This document shows, in pieces, positions 10,053 to 19,080 of a stretch of 64,000 nt of DNA. This DNA comes from an uncultured Chlamydiales bacterium. GTDB taxonomy: Bacteria > Chlamydiota > Chlamydiia > Chlamydiales > Rhabdochlamydiaceae. The stretch is taken from positions 864,001 to 928,000 of the forward strand of contig OY969554.1 in NCBI GenBank assembly GCA_963700985.1, in the 5' to 3' direction. The number at the start of each line of letters is the position of its first letter. Position 1 is the stretch's first letter. The notes beneath the pieces are model-generated. The model saw only the letters and a program-made list of their open reading frames with translations. It ran no database searches and was not told where the DNA came from. The position numbers and the translations under genes are program-made.

Positions 10053-11097
10053 AACGTTCGAATGCTCTTTTTAAAATCTTGGGATCAACTTCTAAGCAGT
10101 AGCTTCCATCAAAAGGCAGAACCTCACCTAGCTCTTTTAACACGATAAAACGTGGAGCTCGGCTGATAGCTTTTTTATCATGGCCCATGGCGCTAGTTAA
10201 TTTCTCGAGCGTAATACTCGCTGGCAACTTTAATGGAAAGCGGTAGGCTTGAATATGCTCAAAAATAAAGCGAAAACTCTCCTCACTTAAGTAACCGAGT
10301 TCAACGCTCATGAGCGATTCTATCAACATCCCAATCGCAACCGCATCCCCATGCGCTAAACTATATCCTTCTAAAAGCTCTAGGGCATGACCGATAGTGT
10401 GACCAAAATTGAATATGCGCCTTTTACCAGTATCCTGAAAATCGGATTCGATTATAGATTTCTTGACCTCGCAACTGCGAAAAACGAGTTCTTCTAGGTC
10501 AGTGATTTCTAATAGCGATGGGTCTAACGTAAAGCCATATTTGAGCACTTCGGCCATGCCGCAACGCTTATCTTTTTCAGAAAGCGAATCGAGGCATATT
10601 AGATCGATTAAAACGAGCTTAGGCGAATAGAAAGCACCGATCAGATTTTTGCCAAAAGGTGTGTTTACACCTGTCTTGCCCCCCAAACTGGCATCGACCA
10701 TTCCCATAAGTGAAGTTGGGATAGAAATCAGCGGCACACCGCGACAAAAGGTTGCAGCCACAAAGCCTCCTAAATCCGTTGCAACGCCGCCTCCCATGGC
10801 AATAATGGCACAATCCATGTTCATATGCGCGGCTAAGAGTTGATCTTCGAGCTGCTGTTTTATTTCACGCGTCTTCGACTGCTCACCCGGTGGGAAGGTG
10901 AATAGCGTCATGTCCATCTTGTGCTGAAAAAGTCTCTTTTGAAAAATTTTGCCCACATTTTCATCAGCGATCACGGCAAAACGTTTAGAAATTTTTAATA
11001 AAGCATCTGCAAACGAACTCTCCTCTAAAATTCCCCGGCCGATTAAGATCTCTGAAAAAGTCTCTCGACCTTTTTGGACCATAATGCTTTTTCTCAC
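10033..11097 (-). CDS. aroB: 3-dehydroquinate synthase
   Basis: GGGVATDLGGF, DASLGGKTG and NFGHTIGHALE motifs; AAGGAG RBS 6 nt before GTG 11097 (alternative ATG at 11082). Confidence 0.95.
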   Translation of the reverse strand: MRKSIMVQKGRETFSEILIGRGILEESSFADALLKISKRFAVIADENVGKIFQKRLFQHKMDMTLFTFPPGEQSKTREIKQQLEDQLLAAHMNMDCAIIAMGGGVATDLGGFVAATFCRGVPLISIPTSLMGMVDASLGGKTGVNTPFGKNLIGAFYSPKLVLIDLICLDSLSEKDKRCGMAEVLKYGFTLDPSLLEITDLEELVFRSCEVKKSIIESDFQDTGKRRIFNFGHTIGHALELLEGYSLAHGDAVAIGMLIESLMSVELGYLSEESFRFIFEHIQAYRFPLKLPASITLEKLTSAMGHDKKAISRAPRFIVLKELGEVLPFDGSYCLEVDPKILKRAFERYVALIG

Positions 11098-12571
11098 AAT
11101 AAACTCCTTTGAAGAAGCAGAGGCGCACTTTGCCTTGTTTCAACCAAACGTAGACGGTTTTGAATTGCGGCTAGATCGTTTTGTGCCATCTGAGCTACCA
11201 CAAATTGGTAGGTTGATGAGACAGACCAACAAGCCGCTTATTTTTACGCTGCGCAAAAAAACGCCAGGCGAAGCTCTTGAGCTCGAAGAACAAAAACGCC
11301 TAGCTTTAATCCAGCAGCTTATCGAACTTGGCCCCACCTACTTCGATCTTGAACATGATACTCAGCCCGCCATTTTAGAAAAGCTCGCAAGAGATTATCC
11401 TCACACAAAACTCATTCTCTCCTATCACGATTTCAACGGAACTCCCACCCTTGAACCGATTTTAGAAAAGATGCAGGCCCCCTATATTTTCGCTTATAAA
11501 ATCGCCTGTATGGCTCACTCCAGTTTAGATAGCCTACGCATGAGCGCTTTTGTGCAAAAAAAATCGAAGCAGGGCGAAAAACTCATCGGCATTAGCATGG
11601 GAAAAGCCGGTCAACTTAACCGAATTTTGGGACCTATTACTGGAAATATCCTGAATTATAGCGTCTTGAATCCCGGAAATGCTTTTGAAGGACAGCTCTC
11701 TCTTGAAACACTTGAGCAGATCTATCGACTTCCCAAACTCTCTTCAAACTCCTCGATCTTTGCCCTTATTGGAGATCCTGTAGAAGCTAGCCCTTCTCAT
11801 TTCACACATAATCAGCTTTTTGAACAGCGAGCCGACCTGAATGCAGTCTATGTAAAAATCCCCGTTAAATCTTCCGAACTGGCTGCTTTTCTTTCAGCGG
11901 CACGCACGCTTCCATTCAAGGGTTGCAGTGTTACCATGCCACATAAAGAAGCCATCATGGCTCACCTTGATGAGTTATCTGAAGATGCCCGCATTATTGG
12001 AGCAGTAAATACCGTCATTTTCAAAAATGGAAAACTCTACGGAGACAACACAGACGGCAAGGGAGGACTCGATGCCCTCGAAGAAAAAGGACCGGTCAGA
12101 GGTAAAAGGATGATCATCCTCGGTGCGGGAGGCACAGCGCGTGCGCTGGCGTATGAAGGTCTAAAGCGCGGGGCACAAATTACTTTAGTCAATCGCACAA
12201 TCGAACGGGTTAAAAAAGCATCAAAAGAGCTCGGGTGCACAGGCTACGGCTTTGATGATTTCGCCCAGATCTTGCATGAAAAATATGACATCCTGGTCAA
12301 TGCCACATCTGTGGGCATGCTTTCGGATCAGTCAATTCTAGATCCAAAGTGGATTCAGCCCAGCACGCTCGTCATGGAGGTAATCTCAATTCCTTCTATG
12401 ACGCCCTTACTCAAAGATGCTGAAAAAAAGAACTGCTCTCTTATTTTAGGTAGAGAGCTTTTCCTCAATCAAGCCGCTCACCAATTTGCGCTCTGGTTTG
12501 AGAGCAAACTCACATTTACATCTGCAAAAGAAAAAATCCGTAGGAAACTAGATGAGCTCTTTAATAAGTAG
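11084..12571 (+). CDS. aroDE: Bifunctional type I 3-dehydroquinate dehydratase / shikimate dehydrogenase
   Basis: ELRLD, ILSYHDF and YKIA (DHQase I) followed by SVTMPHK, GAVNT, NTDG and GAGG (AroE). Start set at ATG 11084; the longer ORF-track start runs antisense into aroB. Confidence 0.92.
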   Translation: MLFLTINSFEEAEAHFALFQPNVDGFELRLDRFVPSELPQIGRLMRQTNKPLIFTLRKKTPGEALELEEQKRLALIQQLIELGPTYFDLEHDTQPAILEKLARDYPHTKLILSYHDFNGTPTLEPILEKMQAPYIFAYKIACMAHSSLDSLRMSAFVQKKSKQGEKLIGISMGKAGQLNRILGPITGNILNYSVLNPGNAFEGQLSLETLEQIYRLPKLSSNSSIFALIGDPVEASPSHFTHNQLFEQRADLNAVYVKIPVKSSELAAFLSAARTLPFKGCSVTMPHKEAIMAHLDELSEDARIIGAVNTVIFKNGKLYGDNTDGKGGLDALEEKGPVRGKRMIILGAGGTARALAYEGLKRGAQITLVNRTIERVKKASKELGCTGYGFDDFAQILHEKYDILVNATSVGMLSDQSILDPKWIQPSTLVMEVISIPSMTPLLKDAEKKNCSLILGRELFLNQAAHQFALWFESKLTFTSAKEKIRRKLDELFNK

Positions 12572-13535
12572 TATCTCCGCATCTGCGCCTATTTACCCAT
12601 CTTCTCAAGAGAAAGATAAGATTGAGCACAAAGCAGAAACACCTCCTCCTCTTGCTAGTTCTAATGTAAGACAAGTCGGCCGCTTCTTGGTAACAAGCGA
12701 TAGTCCGAGAAGAAGCACGCCTTTTGCTAGCAATGAAGGAATCGAGCAAGCACGCATGGCTTTTCAAATTCAATGCAATCGACTGCTATTCACACCCGAA
12801 AACCCTGAAGTTTTCACCCCTTTTGACCAAAGGAAAGGAATATTTAATTACTCCGATATCGTGGCATACACAAAAAAATCCCTTTTCCAACCTGAATTAT
12901 TCGAGCTGCCTCCAAACGCTGACGCGAGGAAATTTCTTGAAAAGTGGAATGCAAAATTACCGGAAGAATGCAGCTCTCTCGCCATAAAATATGCGCTCTT
13001 TAACACAGTTTTTTTCAAGGTCTTCAACCAGACGGTAAAAAAGTTCGTTAAAGCCTCCTCATATATTGAGCTTTTTCCTGTTTGCATAGAACAAAGAAAA
13101 CAGCTCAGAGAGTTATTGTTTACCTGGAAAAAAGGCCATGAGGCCGGCTTAGCAGAAGATCTAGCTCACTTTTTAAAACTATTCGAGCTTTGCCAACCTT
13201 ATGATTCTAGTTCGTTGCGCAGCGCCCCGCACTATTTTCTAGAGCCTCAACGCGTGCAATATGATGAGAGTGAAGCTTCCGAAGTTATTTACCCTAACCT
13301 CCTAGACGGTGGGTCTCTAAGAGTTTTAAAGAGCAGTCCAAGCTACGAAAATGAGTGCACCGCAATCGAAGATTTTTATGTGGATTACATTGAATTCTTA
13401 GATATTCACATCTTTTACCTTAGAAACTTTACGACTGCAATTACTCGTGCAATTGGAATCCTAGACAGTTTCCCCGGCCCCTATCCTCAACTACTTGGAG
13501 TATCAGAAGTCGAATTACCTGTAGAACCAGGATAG
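12552..13535 (+). CDS. Hypothetical protein (Ser/Pro-rich N-terminus, effector-like)
   Basis: 327-aa ORF whose start overlaps the aroDE end; no recognised domain. Confidence 0.65.
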   Translation: MSSLISSISASAPIYPSSQEKDKIEHKAETPPPLASSNVRQVGRFLVTSDSPRRSTPFASNEGIEQARMAFQIQCNRLLFTPENPEVFTPFDQRKGIFNYSDIVAYTKKSLFQPELFELPPNADARKFLEKWNAKLPEECSSLAIKYALFNTVFFKVFNQTVKKFVKASSYIELFPVCIEQRKQLRELLFTWKKGHEAGLAEDLAHFLKLFELCQPYDSSSLRSAPHYFLEPQRVQYDESEASEVIYPNLLDGGSLRVLKSSPSYENECTAIEDFYVDYIEFLDIHIFYLRNFTTAITRAIGILDSFPGPYPQLLGVSEVELPVEPG

Positions 13536-13633
13536 CTCTCATTCTTTCAGTTTCAAAAAAAGTCTATTGAACAATATATCCCAGAGCGCTATGGCTTATA
13601 ATTAAGGGCTTAAGGGCGTTAGGGAGGATTCGA

Positions 13634-13984
13634 TTGGAAAAGATCTGGATTCTAGCAATAGCACTGCTACTCACGATGAGTGGCTGCGGGCTAAAAGAGA
13701 TGAATAGCAACATCGAAAGAAGCAACACTCTAATCAAAGAGAATGCTGACGCCATTGAAAAAAGCACGGCTACTGTCTATAATAATGCCCAAGCTGTTGA
13801 AGAATCAACCGCATTGATCGAAAAAAACAAAGCGGTGATGGAATCTCTGCTGTCCCTTATTCCCACCATGCCCGCTAAGCTTACCATCTTGCTAATCCTC
13901 TGCTTCCTATTTCTGCCTACAATACTCATCATCTTTTCAATTCGAAGATTCGAAAAGAAAATGGAATATCTTATTAAGAAGTAG
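13634..13984 (+). CDS. Hypothetical lipoprotein with coiled coil and C-terminal TM
   Basis: GGAGG RBS, MSGC lipobox-like motif, heptad-like N/S/A-rich stretch and hydrophobic tail. Confidence 0.65.
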   Translation: MEKIWILAIALLLTMSGCGLKEMNSNIERSNTLIKENADAIEKSTATVYNNAQAVEESTALIEKNKAVMESLLSLIPTMPAKLTILLILCFLFLPTILIIFSIRRFEKKMEYLIKK

Positions 13985-14002
13985 ACTTAGAAAATTAAAC
14001 GA

Positions 14003-14076
14003 GATCAGCAAACTCACAGAGAAATTCAAGTTTGTTGGTTTTTTAACAGGATATGCAAGCGCAGCGGATCCTGTTA
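14003..14076. terminator. Two hairpins between convergent genes (likely terminators)
   Basis: GATCAGCAAACT/AGTTTGTTGGTT stem (G-U pairs) followed by a T run; TAACAGGAT/ATCCTGTTA stem at 14044-14076. Confidence 0.5.
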
Positions 14077-14099
14077 CTCCCCAGCCCTAATATTGAGCT

Positions 14100-14684
14100 T
14101 TAATGTGAGGAGGAGCCCCACACCTGCTTAAGACGCTTTTCGCGTCCGCTATTGGCGTGGTAGAACCTATATCGAATGGGATTCTTTTTGTAGTATTCTT
14201 GGTGATACTCTTCGGCTGGGTAGAAAGTCGTAGCTGGCAAAATATCCGTATCGATCTTATCGAGCTTGCCGGATTGCAAAAGTTCTGCTTTAGATGCCTC
14301 TGCTAAGTGCTTTTGCTCATCGTTCAGATAAAAAATAGCTGTGCGGTACTGCTTGCCTTTGTCGCAAAACTGTCCTTGAGGATCGGTCGGATCGATGTTG
14401 TGCCAGAAAATCTGCAAAAGCTTAGCGTAACTCACTTTGGAGGGATCATAGACCACTTCGACTGACTCGCGATGCCCCGTTTCTCCAGAAGTTACCTCTT
14501 CATAAGTGGGGTCTTCCTTATCTCCGCCTGTATAGCCGACGTAAGTCGCAATCACTCCGGGCGTTTTATCAAAGGGCGACTGCATGCACCAAAAACAGCC
14601 TCCAGCAAAGATGGCTCGCTCCTCTTTTTTAGAGGATGACCCACTTTTCTTTCCGGCAGGACTTTCAAAGAAGAATATCGGCAT
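14100..14684 (-). CDS. msrA: Peptide-methionine (S)-S-oxide reductase
   Basis: FAGGCFWC, GHRESV and FYPAEEYHQEYY motifs. Confidence 0.95.
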   Translation of the reverse strand: MPIFFFESPAGKKSGSSSKKEERAIFAGGCFWCMQSPFDKTPGVIATYVGYTGGDKEDPTYEEVTSGETGHRESVEVVYDPSKVSYAKLLQIFWHNIDPTDPQGQFCDKGKQYRTAIFYLNDEQKHLAEASKAELLQSGKLDKIDTDILPATTFYPAEEYHQEYYKKNPIRYRFYHANSGREKRLKQVWGSSSH

Positions 14685-14728
14685 ATACTCTACCCCATCT
14701 CATAACCCGCTTATAAAATGCTCTTTAA

Positions 14729-15406
14729 TTAATTTACAATCGATAGTCCAAGAGCATCCACCCGGCCATTTGCGCCTACAATTGTCGGAATCAAAATCGA
14801 TTCCAGCCGCGGATGAGTAGCGAGCAGGCCGTTGAACTTATAAATCCCACGCGCTTCTTTCTGTTCTTCGGGAGGTGTCCCGCCAATCTCCTCGCCTTTC
14901 GGAAGAAGGTTATCGCTTAAAATGATCGTTCCTGGAGAAGAGAGCTTAAGTACATATTCCAAATAGGTGGGGTAGTTTTCTTTATCGGCATCGATAAAGA
15001 TCAGATCAAAAGGCGCCTCGCCCTTTTCTATCATCTCTTGCAAAAGATGAGCTGCTTTTCCCAGACGAACTTCAATTTTATCCTGCACACCAGCCAAGGC
15101 AAAGTTCTCTTTGGCCACCTCTAGATTGCGCGCATCGATATCGAGCGTAATAATCTTCCCATGAGCAGCAAGTGCCCGCGCCAACCAGATCGTGCTATAA
15201 CCTCCCAAAGTACCGAGTTCCAGAATCCTATTTGGGGCACGCATCTTGGCCAGACAATAAAGGAGCTTTCCTACATTTGAGGGCACTTGAATATCGGGCA
15301 TACCTTTCTGTTTTGCCCTTTTGCGCACAGAAGCGAGTGTCGCATCTTCCTGGACAAACTGCTCACAGATGTAATTTTTGATTTTAATGTTGCGCTCAAG
15401 GCTCAT
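14729..15406 (-). CDS. Class I SAM-dependent O-methyltransferase (caffeoyl-CoA OMT-like)
   Basis: ILELGTLGGYST, FDLIFIDADK and SDN motifs; GGGGGA RBS before ATG 15406. Confidence 0.9.
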   Translation of the reverse strand: MSLERNIKIKNYICEQFVQEDATLASVRKRAKQKGMPDIQVPSNVGKLLYCLAKMRAPNRILELGTLGGYSTIWLARALAAHGKIITLDIDARNLEVAKENFALAGVQDKIEVRLGKAAHLLQEMIEKGEAPFDLIFIDADKENYPTYLEYVLKLSSPGTIILSDNLLPKGEEIGGTPPEEQKEARGIYKFNGLLATHPRLESILIPTIVGANGRVDALGLSIVN

Positions 15407-15432
15407 AAATCTATCCCCCACAGAATCATTTC

Positions 15433-15596
15433 AGAGGGTGTCTACAAACTAGACCTTCGATATTTGGAAGCTTTTCGCGATCTTTTTCCTCCCCCTCCTC
15501 AGCCATGTCATCTCGACATTGTCTTCGTCGGAGGAGAAAAAACCTCATCGAAAAACTCCTCAAATCTCTAAAAGGCCTACTTTGTAGACACCCTCT
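15433..15596. mobile_element. 164-bp MITE-like palindromic element
   Basis: Perfect 16-bp terminal IR AGAGGGTGTCTACAAA/TTTGTAGACACCCTCT, extending to 25 bp with 2 mismatches; interior also imperfectly self-complementary; no transposase. Confidence 0.7.
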
Positions 15597-15637
15597 CAAT
15601 GGGGGAAGATTAACCTATCTACGCTTTTTGCACATAC

Positions 15638-15820
15638 TTACGGAGTGGTGACTACCGTGTTACTAGGAACCAGTCCCATAATCAGAGAGATAATGAACAA
15701 AATAACGAATAAGAAAAACAGGATGCGTGCTATCTGCACAGCACCTGCTGCAATACCAGTAAAGCCGAAAACCGCAGCTACGATTGCAACAATGAAAAAG
15801 ATTACAGCCCAAGTTAACAT
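15638..15820 (-). CDS. DUF1328 (UPF0391, YtjA-like) small membrane protein
   Basis: MLTWAVIFFIVAIVAAVFGFTGIA...IARILF pattern; GGAG RBS. Confidence 0.9.
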   Translation of the reverse strand: MLTWAVIFFIVAIVAAVFGFTGIAAGAVQIARILFFLFVILFIISLIMGLVPSNTVVTTP

Positions 15821-15923
15821 ATGATACTCCTATGTATCCATATGCTACAATTACCATTCAGATTAATAAGTCGTCAATAATTAACTGTTTGCAAATTAAG
15901 AAAATATTCATAATTCTAAAATT

Positions 15924-16325
15924 ATGAGCTTAATAGATAAAGATGACGCGCTCTATCTGCGTATGGAAAAACTGGGAATCCACGAAGATGACCTCGTGGA
16001 AAAATTCATTCTTGGCTCGGGCAAGGGCGGGCAGAAAATCAACAAGACCTCGGTATGTGTCTACCTCAAACATCTCCCTACGGGATTAGAGGTCAAATGC
16101 CAGCAAGGGCGTTCGCAAGAGACCAATCGCCTCATTGCGCGCATCGAGCTATGCAAGCGCCTAGAAGAGCAGCAAAAGTCGCTCGCCGATGAAAAAAAAC
16201 GGCTAAGGGAGAAGATTCGCCGGCAAAAGCGGCGGCCGACCAAGCGAATGAAAGAGAAGATGTTTGAAACCAAAAAGCATCTTTCGGCTAAAAAATCCCT
16301 GCGCAAAGCCCCTAGAGATCTCTAA
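15924..16325 (+). CDS. Stand-alone GGQ peptidyl-tRNA hydrolase domain protein (ArfB/C12orf65-like ribosome rescue factor)
   Basis: GSGKGGQKINKT, HLPTG and RSQETNR motifs; long basic C-terminal tail. Confidence 0.85.
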   Translation: MSLIDKDDALYLRMEKLGIHEDDLVEKFILGSGKGGQKINKTSVCVYLKHLPTGLEVKCQQGRSQETNRLIARIELCKRLEEQQKSLADEKKRLREKIRRQKRRPTKRMKEKMFETKKHLSAKKSLRKAPRDL

Positions 16326-16957
16326 GATCCACTGAGAAGTTCAACTTTGCCTGTGTGAAAGTTATAATAAGCTCCCACCACATTCAGCTTCTTCTTGGCA
16401 ATTAGATTACTTAATACTGGGGTGCTTTTGAGTTGTTGCACGACGAGTTTGACGTTCATCTTAATCGTATTTTCTAGACGATTTTCACTCTGCCCTTTTG
16501 TTCTTTCTGCCGCCGGTGCAATTAGGCTAGCTACCGCTTCGATATCTTGTGTATTGCCATCTAAGACAGCTTTCACGGCCCCACAGTTCTCATGTCCTAA
16601 AACCATCACCAGTGCAGAATCGAGATAGAGCGCTGAATATTCGATGCTATCTAGCTCGATATGTCCCACGACATTCCCCGCAATCCGCACGATAAATAGA
16701 TCGCCTAAGCCTTGATCGAAAATGATTTCGGGAGCCACGCGTGAGTCAGAACAGCCTAGGATGACCGCAAAAGGCTTCTGCTGCTCAGCAGTCTCCAGGC
16801 GTCTCTCTTTAGTGCGTTCAGGATGCAGAGAATTATCGCTCGCAAAGCGTTGATTTCCCTCCATGAGTCTTTGGAGAGCTATTTTAGGAGTCAATTCAGC
16901 TGAATATAAGCCGCTGTGTGAAAAAGCCAGCAAAAGCATCACTAAAAGATATCGCAT
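16322..16957 (-). CDS. Beta-class carbonic anhydrase with signal peptide
   Basis: CSDSRV, RIAGN and GHENCGAV zinc ligands. Confidence 0.93.
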   Translation of the reverse strand: MRYLLVMLLLAFSHSGLYSAELTPKIALQRLMEGNQRFASDNSLHPERTKERRLETAEQQKPFAVILGCSDSRVAPEIIFDQGLGDLFIVRIAGNVVGHIELDSIEYSALYLDSALVMVLGHENCGAVKAVLDGNTQDIEAVASLIAPAAERTKGQSENRLENTIKMNVKLVVQQLKSTPVLSNLIAKKKLNVVGAYYNFHTGKVELLSGS

Positions 16958-17028
16958 GATACAACCCTATTCTTAGGGGGTTCATTTTTATTAGCCCCGT
17001 TTTATTGGGCTTGTATCACACCGATAAC

Positions 17029-17715
17029 TCAAGTGCAAGTGATCTGATAACGGTGACAGAGTCCGGAAAGAAAGTTCCAGAGGCCATCTAGCACTTTTTG
17101 GATGGCTGCCCGTACCGACTGCACATTCGAGGCAGTGACATGATCGGCAAGGAGGCGTCTTTCTTCCGCCGCATGCTCTTCATCGGCTGCGATGTGCACG
17201 CGAAAGTATTCCCAACCTTGTGGATTGCTCATACCATAGTGTTTTTTAAGACCATCAATTTTTGAGATGCAAATAGTGGGAATCTGGCTTTCATAAGCAT
17301 AGAGCGCAGCAAGTCCTTCCACGAGAGTTTGTTCGCTGCAAATCCTGCGAAATGTATTGATTATGTGCTTAATTTCAGCACTTGGCTTATGCACTGCGAT
17401 CTCTTCTTCAGTTGCTCCAATCTCGCTTGCAAAAACTTTCCAAAGATCTGGGTGGTTAGGCGAGCCAGCCTCCTCTTCAATTAAATTTTTAAGCAACACC
17501 TGCCGGGTGGTTTGATCTTCGGTGCGCGCATGCAAAGCAGAAAGATAAGTGGGAAATGCTTTCACATGATGGTAATATTGTTTGGCATATTCTTTTAGGC
17601 AATCGAGGGAGAGCTCGCCTTTAGACCAAGCCAGGTAAAAGGGATGAGTTAAAAGATGCTTGGCTTGAATTTGCAAGTCGAGATCTTCTAGAAGAACCGA
17701 GCATTCTGGGGTCAT
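17029..17715 (-). CDS. CADD-family (PqqC/heme-oxygenase-like dimetal) protein, probable self-sacrificing pABA synthase
   Basis: HPFY (Tyr27) W.KGEL, YYHHVKAFP, NLIEEE...NH, YESQIP..SK and H..ADEEH motifs, collinear with C. trachomatis CT610 as recalled; AGGGAG RBS before ATG 17715. Confidence 0.9.
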   Translation of the reverse strand: MTPECSVLLEDLDLQIQAKHLLTHPFYLAWSKGELSLDCLKEYAKQYYHHVKAFPTYLSALHARTEDQTTRQVLLKNLIEEEAGSPNHPDLWKVFASEIGATEEEIAVHKPSAEIKHIINTFRRICSEQTLVEGLAALYAYESQIPTICISKIDGLKKHYGMSNPQGWEYFRVHIAADEEHAAEERRLLADHVTASNVQSVRAAIQKVLDGLWNFLSGLCHRYQITCT

Positions 17716-17824
17716 ATTTTTTCTCCCTTTATGAACAAGAGTGTTCAAATGCCTCTTAGAATACGACATAACAGGGATTTTCAACAAAAGAAGAGTTCTA
17801 AAAAGAATTTTGGATGGCCAAATT

Positions 17825-19027
17825 ATGTATGATCTAATAGTGATAGGTGGCGGGGCGGCGGGCATTTTTGCGGCCATCTCTGCAAAGGCAAATAATCCTG
17901 AAGCTAAAGTTGCTTTGCTTGAAAAGAGTGCGGTGCTACTTGCCAAAGTGCGCGTCTCAGGTGGGGGCCGCTGCAACGTCACTCACGCCTGCTTTGAGCC
18001 TAAGTTGCTGGTTAAAAACTACCCACGTGGCGAAAAAGAGCTGCTTGGCCCATTTCATGCTTTCCAGCCTCGCGATACCATTGAATGGTTTGAATCTAGA
18101 GGAGTTAAACTCAAAACTGAAGCCGACGGCCGAATGTTCCCCGTTACGGATAGTTCGGAAACAATCATCGCCTGCCTTCTGCAAGAAGCGCAGACACTTG
18201 GCGTCGAAATCCAGCTTCGTCAGCGTATTCAAACAATCACTCGAACTGAAAATGGCTTTAAGCTGGAACTCAAAGAAAGCAGTTTAGAGTGCAAACATCT
18301 TCTGCTGGCAACTGGCAGCAATGCTGAAGGATACGCCTGGGCTGAACAGCTGGGTCATACGATTCAAACCCCAGTGCCCTCGCTTTTTACATTTAACGTA
18401 CCCACATCTCCCCTAAAACAGTTAAGCGGTATTTCACTTCAATCGGCCGAGCTAAAAATCAAGGGTTCTACCCTCATGCAAAAAGGCCCCCTGCTAATCA
18501 CGCATTTCGGATTCAGTGGCCCTGCGGCACTCAAACTCTCGGCGTGGGGAGCTCGGTATCTGCATGAAAAGCAGTATCGCGTAGAGCTTTGCATCAACTG
18601 GTTGCCCGAACTTACTCAAGATGAGATCCTGACGCGGCTTACAAAGCTCAAATCGAGCTTCCCAAATAAGAGCCTCTCCTCTGAAAGCCCTTTTCTAATT
18701 CCTAAAAGTCTTTGGAAAACACTCCTCGAGCTGCTCAGCACAAGCTTCACAAAACGCTTAGCCGACATTCCAAATAAAGACCTGCAAAACCTGGCTCAAA
18801 AACTACATGAAGATATCTATCAAGTAGATGGTAAAACTACGAATAAAGAGGAATTTGTCACCTGTGGCGGTGTGACTTTAAAAGAGGTCAATTTTAAGAC
18901 CATGGAAAGTAAAATTTGCCTAGGGCTCTTTTTTGCCGGAGAAATCCTCGATATTGACGGTGTTACAGGGGGCTTTAACTTCCAAAACGCCTGGACCACC
19001 GGTTTTATATCAGGGCAAGAAACGTGA
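17825..19027 (+). CDS. HI0933/BaiN-family NAD(P)/FAD-dependent oxidoreductase
   Basis: GGGAAG, SGGGRCNVT, LITHFGFSGP, VTCGGV and GGFNFQNAW motifs. Confidence 0.93.
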   Translation: MYDLIVIGGGAAGIFAAISAKANNPEAKVALLEKSAVLLAKVRVSGGGRCNVTHACFEPKLLVKNYPRGEKELLGPFHAFQPRDTIEWFESRGVKLKTEADGRMFPVTDSSETIIACLLQEAQTLGVEIQLRQRIQTITRTENGFKLELKESSLECKHLLLATGSNAEGYAWAEQLGHTIQTPVPSLFTFNVPTSPLKQLSGISLQSAELKIKGSTLMQKGPLLITHFGFSGPAALKLSAWGARYLHEKQYRVELCINWLPELTQDEILTRLTKLKSSFPNKSLSSESPFLIPKSLWKTLLELLSTSFTKRLADIPNKDLQNLAQKLHEDIYQVDGKTTNKEEFVTCGGVTLKEVNFKTMESKICLGLFFAGEILDIDGVTGGFNFQNAWTTGFISGQET

Positions 19028-19080
19028 CGAGATTTCGAGTTTACACTATAATTTCCTAAAAAATAAAATAAATATTGCAT

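Noticed and set aside
10949-11083. 45-aa N-terminal extension of AroDE
   Set aside because: It lies antisense within conserved aroB coding sequence; the DHQase domain begins near ATG 11084.
14665-14703. Short upstream frame MRWGRVYADILL as a frameshifted msrA leader
   Set aside because: Only 12 codons, no slippery tract and no convincing signal peptide on rejoining.
15287-15571. 94-aa plus-strand ORF
   Set aside because: It overlaps the methyltransferase in antisense and runs through the palindromic element; no motif.
17029-17715. CADD as a BesC-like member of the PLP/ATP-grasp cluster
   Set aside because: It is about 29 kb away and collinear with ordinary chlamydial CADD.
17716-17982. N-terminal extensions of CADD (to 17982) and of the HI0933 gene (from 17741)
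   Set aside because: They overlap each other in antisense; family alignment and RBS support starts at 17715 and 17825.
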